A stretch of 62,375 bases of DNA, the filler included. It is 5 parts of 5 records of this genome, joined end to end, with 100 filler letters (N's around TTAATTAATTAA, not from the genome) between each part and the next. Parts side by side here need not be neighbours in the genome. Positions count along the whole stretch, not along the records: positions 25,974 to 42,818 come from SRR2962707_1145; positions 42,919 to 48,519 come from SRR2962707_1154; positions 48,620 to 55,231 come from SRR2962707_1157; 2 more parts are not named here. One strand, written 5' to 3'. The first letter of the stretch is position 1. Every line of letters starts with the position of its first letter. Position numbers and translations under genes: made by a program. Shown piece after piece: positions 40,744 through 51,383 of this stretch. The notes below the pieces were generated by a model. That model was not told where the DNA came from, made no database searches, and worked only from the letters and a program-made list of their open reading frames with translations.

Positions 40744-42116
40744 CAGTCTATCCCGCTTTCGCCGCACAGAACCGACAAGGCTTCGCCGAAGCGGGCGACG
40801 AGGTTTTCGACATCCGCTTCGGTCGTCGATGGTGCGACAAGGGTCATGTTGTGGAACGGCGTCACCAGCACGTTCCGGTTCAGAAGAAAGAGATGGATCG
40901 CGCGCTCGACCGTATGGTCGATGGCGGCGGCCGCTTCCGCGCCGTTTTCGAGCGGGCGCGGGGAGAAGACGAGTTCGGCGCGGGCTCCGATCTGCGACAC
41001 CGTCCATGGCAAGCAGCGGCGCGCGACTTCGGCGCGGAGGCCGCTTGCGAGTTTCTCCGCGAGCGAGGTCATGTGAGCATAGTTTTCCGGCGTCATCACT
41101 TCTTCGAGGCAGGCGCGCATGGCGGCGAGCGCGAGCATGTTGCCGGAGAGCGTGGTGCCGATGCCTGAATAGCCGGGCGTCTTCGTTTCGAGGACGCGGT
41201 TCATGCCCGCCGCAACCTCGCCCGTGAAACCGAAGACGGCGGCGGGGAGGCCGCCCGCGACGGGCTTTCCGAGGACGAAGAAATCAGGAGCGATGCCGCG
41301 TGCGCGGGTGAAGCCGCCGGGGCCTGTGGAGATCGTATGCGTTTCGTCGATGCAGACGAGCGTGCCGTGGCGGCGGGCGGCGGCGAGAAGTCCTTCAATG
41401 AAGCCTTCCTTCGGCAAGACCATCGCCGTGTTGGTGAGCGCGGGCTCCGTCAGCACAAGCGCGACGTCTTCCTTTGCGAGGATGGCTTCGACGGCTTCAA
41501 GATCATTGAAGGGTGCGGCAATGCTGGTCCCGGCGATGTCCGTGACTTGACCGAGCAGGCCTGTTTTCATCTTCGTCGCTTCGCCTTCGAGCTTCACGAA
41601 GGCGTCTTCCACCTGGCCGTGATAGCAACCGTCGAAGACGAGAATTCTGCGGCGGCCCGTCAGCGCGCGGGCCCAGCGGATGACGGCGCGGTTTGCGTCG
41701 CTCGCCGTTGCGGTTACCTGCCAATAGGCAAGACCGAAGCGCTCCGACAGGAGGTCGCCGACGCGTGCGGTGAGCGCCGAAGGCAGCATGGCGGTGAGGC
41801 CGTTCGCGGCCTGCTCCGCGATTGCCTTTGCGACGGGCGCGGGCGAATGGCCGAACATTGCGCCCGTGTCGCCGAGGCAGAAATCCGCATAGGCGAGCCC
41901 GTCAATATCGGTGACGGTCGAGCCTTGCGCCTCTTGCACGAAGAGGGGAAAGGGCGTTTCCCAATCCAGCATCCAGTGGAGCGGCACGCCGCCGGGGAAA
42001 TGCACGCCCGCTTGCGCCGCCATCTGCTGTGACCGGGGATGAAGCTCGGCAAAGCGCACCCGCTCGGAAGCGATGAGGGCTTCCGCTCGTTGCCGGATGT
42101 CGGGCGGCATGGACAT
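40743..42116 (-). CDS. Class III PLP aminotransferase (GSA-aminomutase-like)
   Basis: PGGVP, DFCLGDTGAMFGHS, GCYHG, IDETHT, LGKPVAGG; TGATG coupling to the GS-like gene. Confidence 0.9.
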   Translation of the reverse strand: MSMPPDIRQRAEALIASERVRFAELHPRSQQMAAQAGVHFPGGVPLHWMLDWETPFPLFVQEAQGSTVTDIDGLAYADFCLGDTGAMFGHSPAPVAKAIAEQAANGLTAMLPSALTARVGDLLSERFGLAYWQVTATASDANRAVIRWARALTGRRRILVFDGCYHGQVEDAFVKLEGEATKMKTGLLGQVTDIAGTSIAAPFNDLEAVEAILAKEDVALVLTEPALTNTAMVLPKEGFIEGLLAAARRHGTLVCIDETHTISTGPGGFTRARGIAPDFFVLGKPVAGGLPAAVFGFTGEVAAGMNRVLETKTPGYSGIGTTLSGNMLALAAMRACLEEVMTPENYAHMTSLAEKLASGLRAEVARRCLPWTVSQIGARAELVFSPRPLENGAEAAAAIDHTVERAIHLFLLNRNVLVTPFHNMTLVAPSTTEADVENLVARFGEALSVLCGESGID

Positions 42117-42147
42117 GCGAGGGCTCCAAGGGATAGGAGCCGATTTC

Positions 42148-42696
42148 TTACCCGATGGGCGGCGTGCCGCCTAGGGGCGCTGCCGGTGGCTGCCGTTTCC
42201 TGAAGAAAAGCTCGCGCATCCGGGCCTCGCCAACGGCCTTGCTCAACTCGCCGATGCCGAAAAACGGGATCAGCGAAACGAAGGCCATCACCGCGAGCGA
42301 CAGTGTTGTCGAGATGCCGGTCAACTGAAGTCCGTCGTCGCCGGCTTCTCCTGTGTGGGGCCGAATCATGCCGACAAGACGCTCTTCCGCGAGGTCGAAA
42401 CCGATCAGCAGGATTGCGAACAGGGCGGATTTTATGAGGACGACCCAGATCAGCGGGAGATGTTCGGCCCGCGAGCCTAGTTTCAGGTGTTCGCCGATCA
42501 GGACGAATTTCGCGAAGACCAGCGCCTTCAGCGTTGCAGAGCCGAGATGGGCGGCAAGGCCCCAGTCCGGGAGGATCACCGAATTGTGCAGCGTATAGAC
42601 ACTGAGCAACAGCCAGAGATAGGCGAAGACGATCAGAAAATGGCTCATGCGGCTGAGCAAGGTTATCTTGCCGCGATGCGCGTCAGCGGTGGACAT
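42148..42696 (-). CDS. Hypothetical four-TM membrane protein
   Basis: Four hydrophobic segments, KALVFAKF motif, GGGAG RBS before the ATG at 42696. Confidence 0.7.
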   Translation of the reverse strand: MSTADAHRGKITLLSRMSHFLIVFAYLWLLLSVYTLHNSVILPDWGLAAHLGSATLKALVFAKFVLIGEHLKLGSRAEHLPLIWVVLIKSALFAILLIGFDLAEERLVGMIRPHTGEAGDDGLQLTGISTTLSLAVMAFVSLIPFFGIGELSKAVGEARMRELFFRKRQPPAAPLGGTPPIG

Positions 42697-42764
42697 GGCC
42701 TGCGCTCCCCCCGAATGAAGCGTTGCGCCCGATGCGCCTGCGTTCATTTTTCGCTGGCAGACGG

Positions 42765-42818
42765 TGCCCCCGGAGAGACTCGAACTCCCGACCCCCTGAT
42801 TACAAATCAGGTGCTCTA
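42765..42818 (-). tRNA. tRNA-Thr(TGT), 5'-truncated by contig end
   Basis: Minus strand TAGAGCAC-CTGAT-TTGTAA-TCAG-GGGGTC-GGGAG-TTCGAGT-CTCTC-CGGGGGCA: anticodon arm with TGT and a TTC T-loop. Confidence 0.92.
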
Positions 42819-42918
42819 NNNNNNNNNNNNNNNNNNNNNNNNNNNNNNNNNNNNNNNNNNNNTTAATTAATTAANNNNNNNNNNNNNNNNNNNNNNNNNN
42901 NNNNNNNNNNNNNNNNNN
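42819..42918. other. Artificial contig linker
   Basis: N44-TTAATTAATTAA-N44; bacterial DNA on the left, eukaryotic on the right. Confidence 0.99.
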
Positions 42919-43098
42919 CGTCGTTGTTGTTGTTGTCGTCGTCGTCGTGGTCGTGTGCATTTGCTCTGCAGGGGAGCGAGGTGTTTGGGTGTTCCTGTTT
43001 TACAACCCCACGCGTACGTGGTTGGTCTTGGTGGAAGGAAGCAGGTAACAGAAAGTCCCCTTCACACCGCCGCCGCCGCCACCGCTGCTGCTGCTGCG

Positions 43099-44472
43099 AT
43101 GGAGCGGTATCAAAAACTGGAAAAGATTGGCGAGGGCACGTACGGGGTGGTGCACAAGGCCAAAGACCGCACTTCTGGCGAGATCATTGCCCTGAAACGC
43201 ATCCTGCTGGAGGCGGAAGACGAGGGGATTCCCAGCACCGCCATCCGTGAGATCTCGCTGCTGAAGGAGCTGCAGCACCCCAACATCGTCAGGCTGTACG
43301 ACGTGGTGCATACGGAACGCAAACTGACCTTGGTCTTCGAGTACCTTGACCAAGACTTGAAGAAATACCTCGACCAGTGCGAGGGCGGGATCGAGCCCCC
43401 GTACCTGCAGTCTTTCCTCAAGCAACTGATCCGTGGCGTGGAGTTCTGCCACCACCACCGCGTGCTGCACCGCGACTTGAAACCGCAGAACCTGCTCATC
43501 AACCGCGAGGGAGAGCTCAAGCTTGCAGACTTTGGACTGGCCCGCGCCTTTGGAATACCCGTCCGCAACTACACGCACGAAGTTGTCACACTCTGGTACC
43601 GAGCCCCGGACGTGCTGCTGGGCTCCCGCAAGTGAGTGCGACTCTCGACACACACGCGCACGCGCACACGCACACGCACACACACACCGACCTGCGTTGT
43701 TATTCGACTATTCCTGGTTGTTGCCCCCCACCCCACCCCCAGCCTTGAACAGTGATTGAAACCTGTTCTGAAACGTCCACTGGTTGTGTGTCTGTGCTTG
43801 CGGCAGATACTCAACGCCGGTGGATGTGTGGAGCATCGGCTGCATTTTTGCCGAGATGAGCACCGGGCGCCCGTTGTTCCCCGGCACGGCCGAGGGAAAC
43901 CAGCTTGACCGAATTATCAGAAAGCTGGGCACTCCCTCACCGGAGATCTACCCTGGCATCGTGGAGCTCCCTGACTACAAACCTGACTTGTACGTGAGCG
44001 TGCCTGTGGCCTGTGACTGTGCGAGCAGCGGGCCGGCGCCCGTCCGCGGGGGAGGGCCTTGCCTGCGCCGACCATAACAGTGTTTGTGCGAGTGATTGTC
44101 TTGGGCCGCCTGCTGCTGTGGCCGCCATCAATCCTCGTCCTTCTTCTCCCAATCATGCATTTGTGGAACACTTTGCCGTTCAGGCCTTTGTACCCCACAC
44201 CTGAGTCGCTTCGTCACTTGGCCCCAAAGCTGTCTGCAGCAGGAGTAGACCTTTTAGAGAGCATGCTCGTGTACGACCCTGAAGCGCGCATTGACTGCCG
44301 CCGAGCTTTGAAGCACCCGTATTTTAGTGAACTTGCCCCTGGCGCAGAAGTTGGCGCTAGCAGCCAGAGAGGAGATGGCCGTGAGCCCATGGCAGGAGGC
44401 GGCGCCGCGCAGTCAGGTGGCGTCGACCTCAATCAAGGAGCAGCTGGCGCCGAGCCTGGAGATGCGAAGTGA
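43099..44472 (+). CDS. Eukaryotic PSTAIRE cyclin-dependent kinase; join(43099..43631,43807..43989,44184..44472)
   Basis: [39 protein letters not shown]; two GT-AG introns restore GSRKYSTPVD and PDLPLYP. Confidence 0.95.
43648..43686. repeat. Imperfect (CA)/(CACG) microsatellite in CDK intron 1
   Basis: acacacacgcgcacgcgcacacgcacacgcacacacaca. Confidence 0.85.
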
Positions 44473-44770
44473 TATGTCCGCAAAAATGCTTGATCGGTCG
44501 GCGGAGACGCTGAGTGGGCATGACGAGAACGAGACCCAAATTGGGACAACAAGTTTACATGAATTGTAATATCAAACGCGAATACTACAACTTGCGGACC
44601 ACGGCACTCAGGGCACGCTTCGCGGAACGGCGTTGACTGCAAGAGTTGTTGCGTCACCGATGCCCATACACCGCCAAAATGCACCCTTTCCCATGCCTTG
44701 ACTACGCTGCTGCCAATGATCACCACACAGCAAACACCAACCACACTGTGTGCACGCATCTCACACCAAA

Positions 44771-47700
44771 TCAATGCTTCGGCGACCCATGGTATTGCAC
44801 GGGCCTACTTGGAGGCTCCCGAAGGACATAGAACAGGAGGTACGCTGATACGCCGTCAAGATCTTCTGCTGCCATTTCGCTGACTCTTGCATCATTGAAG
44901 CGGTACCTGGCGAGGAGGAGGGGGGGGGGGGCACAATTTTCAAACTTGGGTGAGCGCACGCTCTCATCAGGCCCATTATCGAACACAGTGCCAGCTGATA
45001 GTTCCAATCATTCGCTCTCCACTGCAACACATACCATCGCCCGTCCTCTTTCTTGAAGCAGTCGGCTGTATAGTGCCCACCACCGCAATCGCCCATGTGG
45101 TTCGATACAGCCACCAAGTCATACATGGGTCGCGCAGAAGGTGGTAGCGTCGTCGCAAAATCTTCGTTCGTGGCACCAGTTTCGCTGGTACAAGCTGGGT
45201 GCTGGGCGAGAAATGCCTGCCGTGGCACCTGTGTGGGGCTGGACGCCCGCTGCTGTCTGCTCCTGTCATCAGCGGGCACCTCCTGCGAGGCAGACGTCCA
45301 GCAATAGTCGTAGAGATCCAGACCAGACAGCGGGAAGTCGACGCGGGTCTGCAACTTCGTGCGACGATACGCGCGGTACCTTTGGCAATCAGAAATCCCA
45401 AAAACGCATTTCATCCAGAATGGCATAAATACAAAACTCGAGACCTCTCAATCACTGCTGACAGACGGGGGCGGGAACGGGGACGGTTGGGGAAGGCCAT
45501 CACCAAAGTGCCACAGCAAAATAACGCACGAAAAACGTTTCAAGTGCAGCACGAGCACTTTCGGTACCCGGAAAATGCACATGCGCTTCAGCGATGTTTG
45601 ATGCTGCTTGCACTTGGAACAGTAGTAAGCGTCATCGCCGGAAAGCTCTTCAGACTCTGTCAGCTGCGAAAGGCATTCGTACAAACTGCATTTCCCTTTG
45701 ACTTTTCTGCGACCACCCCCTTTCGGCGACGAACGACGCCGGCTGCTCGTGCCCGCGGCTCCACCAGGGCTCATTCCGTCGCCACTTCCCCTCGCTTGGT
45801 GGCGTTTTGGGATTGACACAGACAAGTCCCAGAAAGGGTCATATGCGATGGACACAGACTTGCAGGTTTGGCAAACGACTTCCGAGCGAAGCTGTCCGCA
45901 AAAAAGGTCTTTAATGCAAGAAATATTCCGGCAGCAGTAGTTGTCCCACCAACGGTTTGAGGCTTCGAGATCAGACTGCTCGGGATCATCCTTCAGCTCC
46001 ACGTATCTGTGCAGCCCAAAAACACAAGCACTCTGGATCTAAGAATCAACGTGTGATTGCCACAGGAGATTTGATGGGGGCATGCGCGTCACAGCCTCAG
46101 GAAAGCACGTCAAAGACGAGACGGCTCAGCGCAGCAGGCGCAGCAACGCCTCGCACACAAGTGCAAAACAACCGGAACTCGTGAGTGAGCCGGCATGCAC
46201 ACCAGCAACGCCGACACCGCCCAGCAGGCCACACAAAATACCCCCAAACGTACGCAGGCTTTGTGACGACCTTGTTAAGATCGTCGTGAAGACCATCGAG
46301 CAGGAATCGAAGAAATTCCTGCGCGTCCTGCTGTTTGAATCCAATGAATCGCTTTGCAAGCTTGCCCACGGCCTTTTTCACTGCGGCGGGCCGAGTGGAC
46401 GTAAAAGCTTGAGCGTTGCGGGTGACAGTCAAGAGTCGCTTGTACGCAAGTGCAAGCTGGCCCTTGGTAAAGCTGTTCGGGTTGAGGTCAATCTCATCTT
46501 CGAACCCCAAAACATGCTCAATCAACGAGTCGACGTTGGAGACACATTGAAGACAGCTGTTCATGAAGCACGTGTTCCCCAGGTTCTGAAGGCCAACAAG
46601 CCCTTGCGGCCGAGCCGTCGTCCCGCGTTGGATACCACTGGGCCCAGGTGTGCCACGCAACGATGGGTTACTTAGCGAACCGCCGTCACTGCCCCCCACC
46701 TCTTCTGCATCCGTCCCAGCCGATGACTGCACGTTTGACGTGGACGAAGGCAGCGGGGTATGGTGACGAAGCATCGCAAGTCGCTGGCGACTTTCCTTCC
46801 GAGGGCCAAGTGCAGATACAGGTCCTCGACCAGTGCCTTCGCCGTCGGACGTGCCGCCGTCCTGGCGCACATGGGCGGCATCGCGGGCAGCCTTTTTCGA
46901 GCGGCCCCGTCTAGTGTTTTGGTGTGCAGCGCCATGGTAGTCGCTGTTGGTTCCCAAGGCGTGACGCCGAAGTTCTGGAACCAGCACGCCACTGCTGCTG
47001 CGCGCGAAATTCAGGCTGGGGGCTCGGCGAGGCAAGCTGGTGAGGGATATCCCAGCACCTTCGCCGCGGCCAACAACAACGCCAGAGTTCGATTGCACGC
47101 GGACACCGGCGCTATTGTCAGTCAACTCACCGTCAGTGAGCTGGCCACCTCCATCAGAAAAGTCCCCCGTACTGCCCGGCACATGCGCGAGCCGTCGCTG
47201 GCTGTGGCCTCGGCTGAGGCTCTTCAGACTGCCTCTATCCAAAGACGACGCTGCAGTTCCGAGGTGGCGGTGCGCGACGTCCGCGCCATGGCTGGCGTTG
47301 GATGTGAATGACTGATGAGAAGTTGTGCTGCCGTCGCTTTCATGGCCCCCGTCCAAATCATGTGTGCTGTGCAAGTGGCGAGAATGGCTGTGATGGTGGT
47401 GATCGTGAATGTTTCTAGGTAGCACGGATTGGAGTTTCTTTGAGCTTGCGCTGGCGTTGGCGCCACTGCCGGCTGCGTAGAGGGAATTGGCACGAATCGC
47501 AGCAGCCGTGCCGTTGGTGCAGCTAGAGGACGAGAAGTATTCGAGGGCCCTATTCGCCGTCGCTATCTTTGCACTCGCGGCAGATTCATGAGCCACCGGG
47601 ACGCCTGCCACCCCGAACGTGGAACTGGCAGCCGAAGCCGCGGCTAGCCCCATCTTGCGCGAACGAAGGCGGCCCGGGCTGGCGTCTGCCCGCACCGATC

Positions 47701-48445
47701 GGGAGTCCCGGAGGGGAAGCAGTTGCGCCTTTGAGGTTTCTGCAAGAGGTTCAAGTGAATCCTCTTTCGCAAAGCTCCCGTCTCGACGGTGTTTGCGCGA
47801 GGAAGACAAAAACGGGGAAGTCGTGCCATGAATCCCACTAATGGCCGCAACAGGCAATGCGTCGGCACCGCCATCGCGGTGCTCACGGGAAGCGGCGGCG
47901 GCGGCGGCGGTTGGGAACGAGCTCCGTGGCAAGCTATCATTGAGCCCACCGCCCACGGTGGAGGAACTGTTGGAGTCAATTGGTCGCTGCGCAGCACGGT
48001 GGCTGTGGCGGGTGTTGTGCTTACGACCTGCGGCCACGGCACCGACCAGCCTTTTCACGAGCGTTGATTCTGATGACCGAGCATTGCTCCCTAACGAGAC
48101 AGTCGTGCCACCACTACCACCACCGTGGTGTTGTTGCTGCTGGTGGTGGCGGCGGTCGTGCAAAAATTGCGAGTGAACGCGACCACCTGCACCGTGTTGT
48201 CGAGACTCCAGTTCTCGTGGAGCTGCCGAAGGGTATCGAAAATTTGCTGTTGTGAGGTTGGAATGGGCGCTGGCGTCCGTTGTGGTGGGCACGGACGAGA
48301 CGATGCTGGAGGCAGCGGAGCTCACGTGACTGCTGTTGACTTCGTGTGGCGTTGAGGCCGCCCCACCAGACTCTCCAAACCCCCGGCGCCGGGCGAGCAT
48401 CCCTTGAAGTCCAACCCCCAGCCGGGAACTGCGGTGACGAGGCAC
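44771..48445 (-). CDS. Ubiquitin-specific protease (C19, USP2/8/21-like) with long low-complexity N-terminus; exons 46254..~48445, 45530..46006, 45035..45379, 44771..44906
   Basis: [32 protein letters not shown]...GHYTA, FND, AYLLFY; three GT-AG introns; 5' start uncertain. Confidence 0.93.
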
Positions 48446-48489
48446 GGCGGAGGAGGAGGACGACGACGAGGAGGTTGGGGAGGAAGAAG

Positions 48490-48519
48490 TGTTGTTGCTG
48501 CTGCTGCTGCTGCTGCTGC
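48490..48519. repeat. (TGT)/(TGC)n microsatellite at contig end
   Basis: tgttgttgctgctgctgctgctgctgctgc. Confidence 0.9.
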
Positions 48520-48619
48520 NNNNNNNNNNNNNNNNNNNNNNNNNNNNNNNNNNNNNNNNNNNNTTAATTAATTAANNNNNNNNNNNNNNNNNNNNNNNNN
48601 NNNNNNNNNNNNNNNNNNN
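48520..48619. other. Artificial contig linker
   Basis: N44-TTAATTAATTAA-N44. Confidence 0.99.
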
Positions 48620-48640
48620 AACAACAACAACAACAACAAC
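48620..48640. repeat. (AAC)7 microsatellite at contig start
   Basis: aacaacaacaacaacaacaac. Confidence 0.9.
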
Positions 48641-48724
48641 AAGAGCAGCAGAAGCAAAGGAACGCAATCTTTCGTTTGCGTGTGAAGAGTTGCTGGCGGA
48701 GCGAGCAAACGGCAGAATACGCCG

Positions 48725-51198
48725 ATGAAGTTCTCCTCCTCGTCTGCTTCTTCTCGCCGCCGCGGTGAAACCAATCAGCTGACCGTGGGCTTGCTGGACC
48801 CAACGCGCGACTTAATAAGTGACTCTTACGACGAGGATAGCAACGAAGCTCACCCTCAGAGCCAGGGAAATAATCAGAGACAGAATCATCATCATCAGCA
48901 GCAGCAGCAGCACCAACAGCAGCACCAACAACGACAACGACAACGGCAGCGGAGCAGGCAAGCTGCTGCACATTCACGTCGAGGCGCGACATGCTGCTGT
49001 TCCTCTCGAAGCAAGGCCTGGGAAGCCAACTCCAACTCCACACAGCAAGGCCGGCGCTCACGCAAAGTTGGGACGGGTGCCTTGAGGTTGACTCTCTTCC
49101 AGCTGCTGCCCAAGCCTTCAATGCTGAATGCTGTGGCGGGTGTGAGTTTCTTGGTCTTGCACACTTTTGAAAAAGTATCGCTGAAGTTGCTCTCCACGGG
49201 AAGCCGCGGATGCCGATTTGTTTGCCTGGAGCTTTTACTCATTTGTCACGCTTTCACGTGGGGTGTCTTGGTGACTGTCCGATGGGCCGTTCTTCGCCAC
49301 CGCCGGCTTCATCCGGCGACCGTTGACGACATTGGCACAACCACTGCTGCTGTGAGGGCGCTCCCGAAATGCAGCGTCCTGTGCTTATCTTTGCCTCCAC
49401 TGTTCAAGACCAGCATCCTGGTTATTTACACTGGTGCGTAATTGCACTGCGGAAAGGGCCTTTAATTTCTGCTCTAGTGTTGCTGTGTTCCGTGCTCGAC
49501 GATCCTTCATGCAGCATTGCCAAAGCTGATTGTCCGTGCATGGCTACAGGCTCTGTTCCTGCGGTTCTCTCCGTCACATTGCTGTCATTGTTCGGCCCAG
49601 CTCAACTGTTTGCTCAGTCTTGCTGCAGTGAGTGTATTTGCATCGATCGTTTTTCGTTCTGGTCGAACGTGTCGCCACGCATGCCGCATTGGAAGACGCG
49701 ACGTGTCACATCGTGTCACATTGTGTCATTTTGTGTTTCTCTTTCCTTTTGTGCCGTTGTGGTGCATGTCGTTGTGGATTCGATCCAAAGTGCGCCAGGG
49801 CCGGCTGCGCTCGTGGCAATCGATTGGTGCCGTTCTTGTTCTTGCTGGTATCGTAGTGTCGGCGTTCACTCTGTGTGGCGGGATCGGATGTCCAGCTGTG
49901 GACCCCTTGTCGGTGTTCGGGACGGCAATGGTGCTGCTTGCCGTCGTATGCGAACTCGTTGGAGGACTGGCTCGCATTGAACTTCTCAAAGCACAACGGG
50001 TGGATGTCGTCAAACTCAATGCGTGGACTGCATTATTCCAACTGCTGGTTCGTGTGATTGCATTGCAACATGGACAACGTTGTTGTGTCGGTGCCGCTGC
50101 ACGATTTCGTCCAGGCAAGAGTTGCCGAGACAGGGCCCAATTTACCTTTTTCGCTGAAATACCCGCCATGGTCAACGCCCTCCCTGCAGATTGGACTTTT
50201 ATTCGTGCCAGTCTTCGCCATCCTTGAAATGCAAATTGAGGACGTCAGTATGGGATACGGTAATGGGACGGCAGGACCCGGACTTTCCGCGTTCAATCAA
50301 ACTGCGTTCAACGACTTCATGTGGCGGTTCGTTCACACGGTTTGCTTTCGTGTTTTTCTAGTTGCTCTTTTGTCCTGAACTCATGACATTCTAAATATTG
50401 TGTGTGGACGTTTTTCGCGTCTCACACTTGTGGTGCATGTGCGGATTGCATGCTATTTATTTATGCAATCGGGGTCTTTCCCACTCGCGTGGCAACAAGT
50501 GGACTAAATGGATTTTTCACAGATGGCCTGGACGGTGCCAATGACACGTTAAGTGCTTTCATGGCAGCTGGGCCGTCTTCGGCGATTAGCCCTGCCTGGT
50601 CCTGGGGGGGGCGTGAGTATCGGGACAGCCGCGTTCTTCTTCTGTTCTACTTTGTTGCAAGCATGCTAGCTGTAGCAGCCGAGTACGCTAGCCTGTGGGT
50701 TCAAGGACAACGCCGTGCGCGACACACCCGCAAAGGAAACATTGCAGCGATGCGGTGGAATTCACTTGCGAAAATTTGTGCGGCGGTGAGCGTGCCTGCA
50801 GCTGCAGTTCTCATGACAAGCCTCTCGCCCTTGGTACGATATGGAAGTGCATGGGTTAGCACCACCGTGCTTTGATTAGATGATCAGATGGAAAGTTATT
50901 CTCACTCAGTGTGCATTTGTGGCAGGCTACGTTGCTTGGGGAGCCGGCCACGCTTTCGTACCAGGCATACGCGGCAAGTGGCAGCATTGCTGTATGCTGC
51001 GGCTTGCTCCTCGTGTGGCTGGTTATGCCAGCAATGGCGTTTCGGTTGCCTTCGACGGAACGACAGTTTGAGGCTAACCCACGCATTGCGGGGCCCGTCT
51101 CGTCAACTTCCAGCGCTGTGTCAAATGACAATCAGCAGCAACTTGGACCCTCGGCGACCGGTGGACAAGGTCGCGTGGCTGAGGAAACCATCTTGTGA
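48725..51198 (+). CDS. Multi-exon membrane protein, CRT-like (chloroquine resistance transporter-like/DMT) candidate; exons not resolved
   Basis: Gln/His-rich N-terminus, several TM-coding exons, VDVVKLNAWTALFQLL-(intron)-IGLLFVPV resembling PfCRT IDILRLNAMVSFFQL. Confidence 0.5.
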
Positions 51199-51383
51199 CA
51201 GCACAAGCGCCCACGCAATGAACAAGCAAGATCGAGGGGACGTAATTTTATCGTTTTTATTTGGAAAGACAAGAGGGTGTAGCGTTGATACGCATTCAAC
51301 ACCATGAGAAGGAAGGACGCAGTCAGAGAAAGTGCTGCGCTTTGTTCATCCTGTGTGCTACGAGTCAGGAATTGCACATCCTT

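Noticed and set aside
40743-42116. hemL
   Set aside because: Divergent motifs, coupling to a GS-like gene and alphaproteobacterial context argue against tetrapyrrole synthesis
42700-43200. Bacteria-to-eukaryote gene transfer junction at a tRNA
   Set aside because: The two sides are separate contigs divided by a linker
48346-49242. Poly-Cys/poly-Leu ORFs as metallothionein-like proteins
   Set aside because: They are translations of CTG/TTG microsatellites and of the antisense of a Gln-rich exon, some running into Ns
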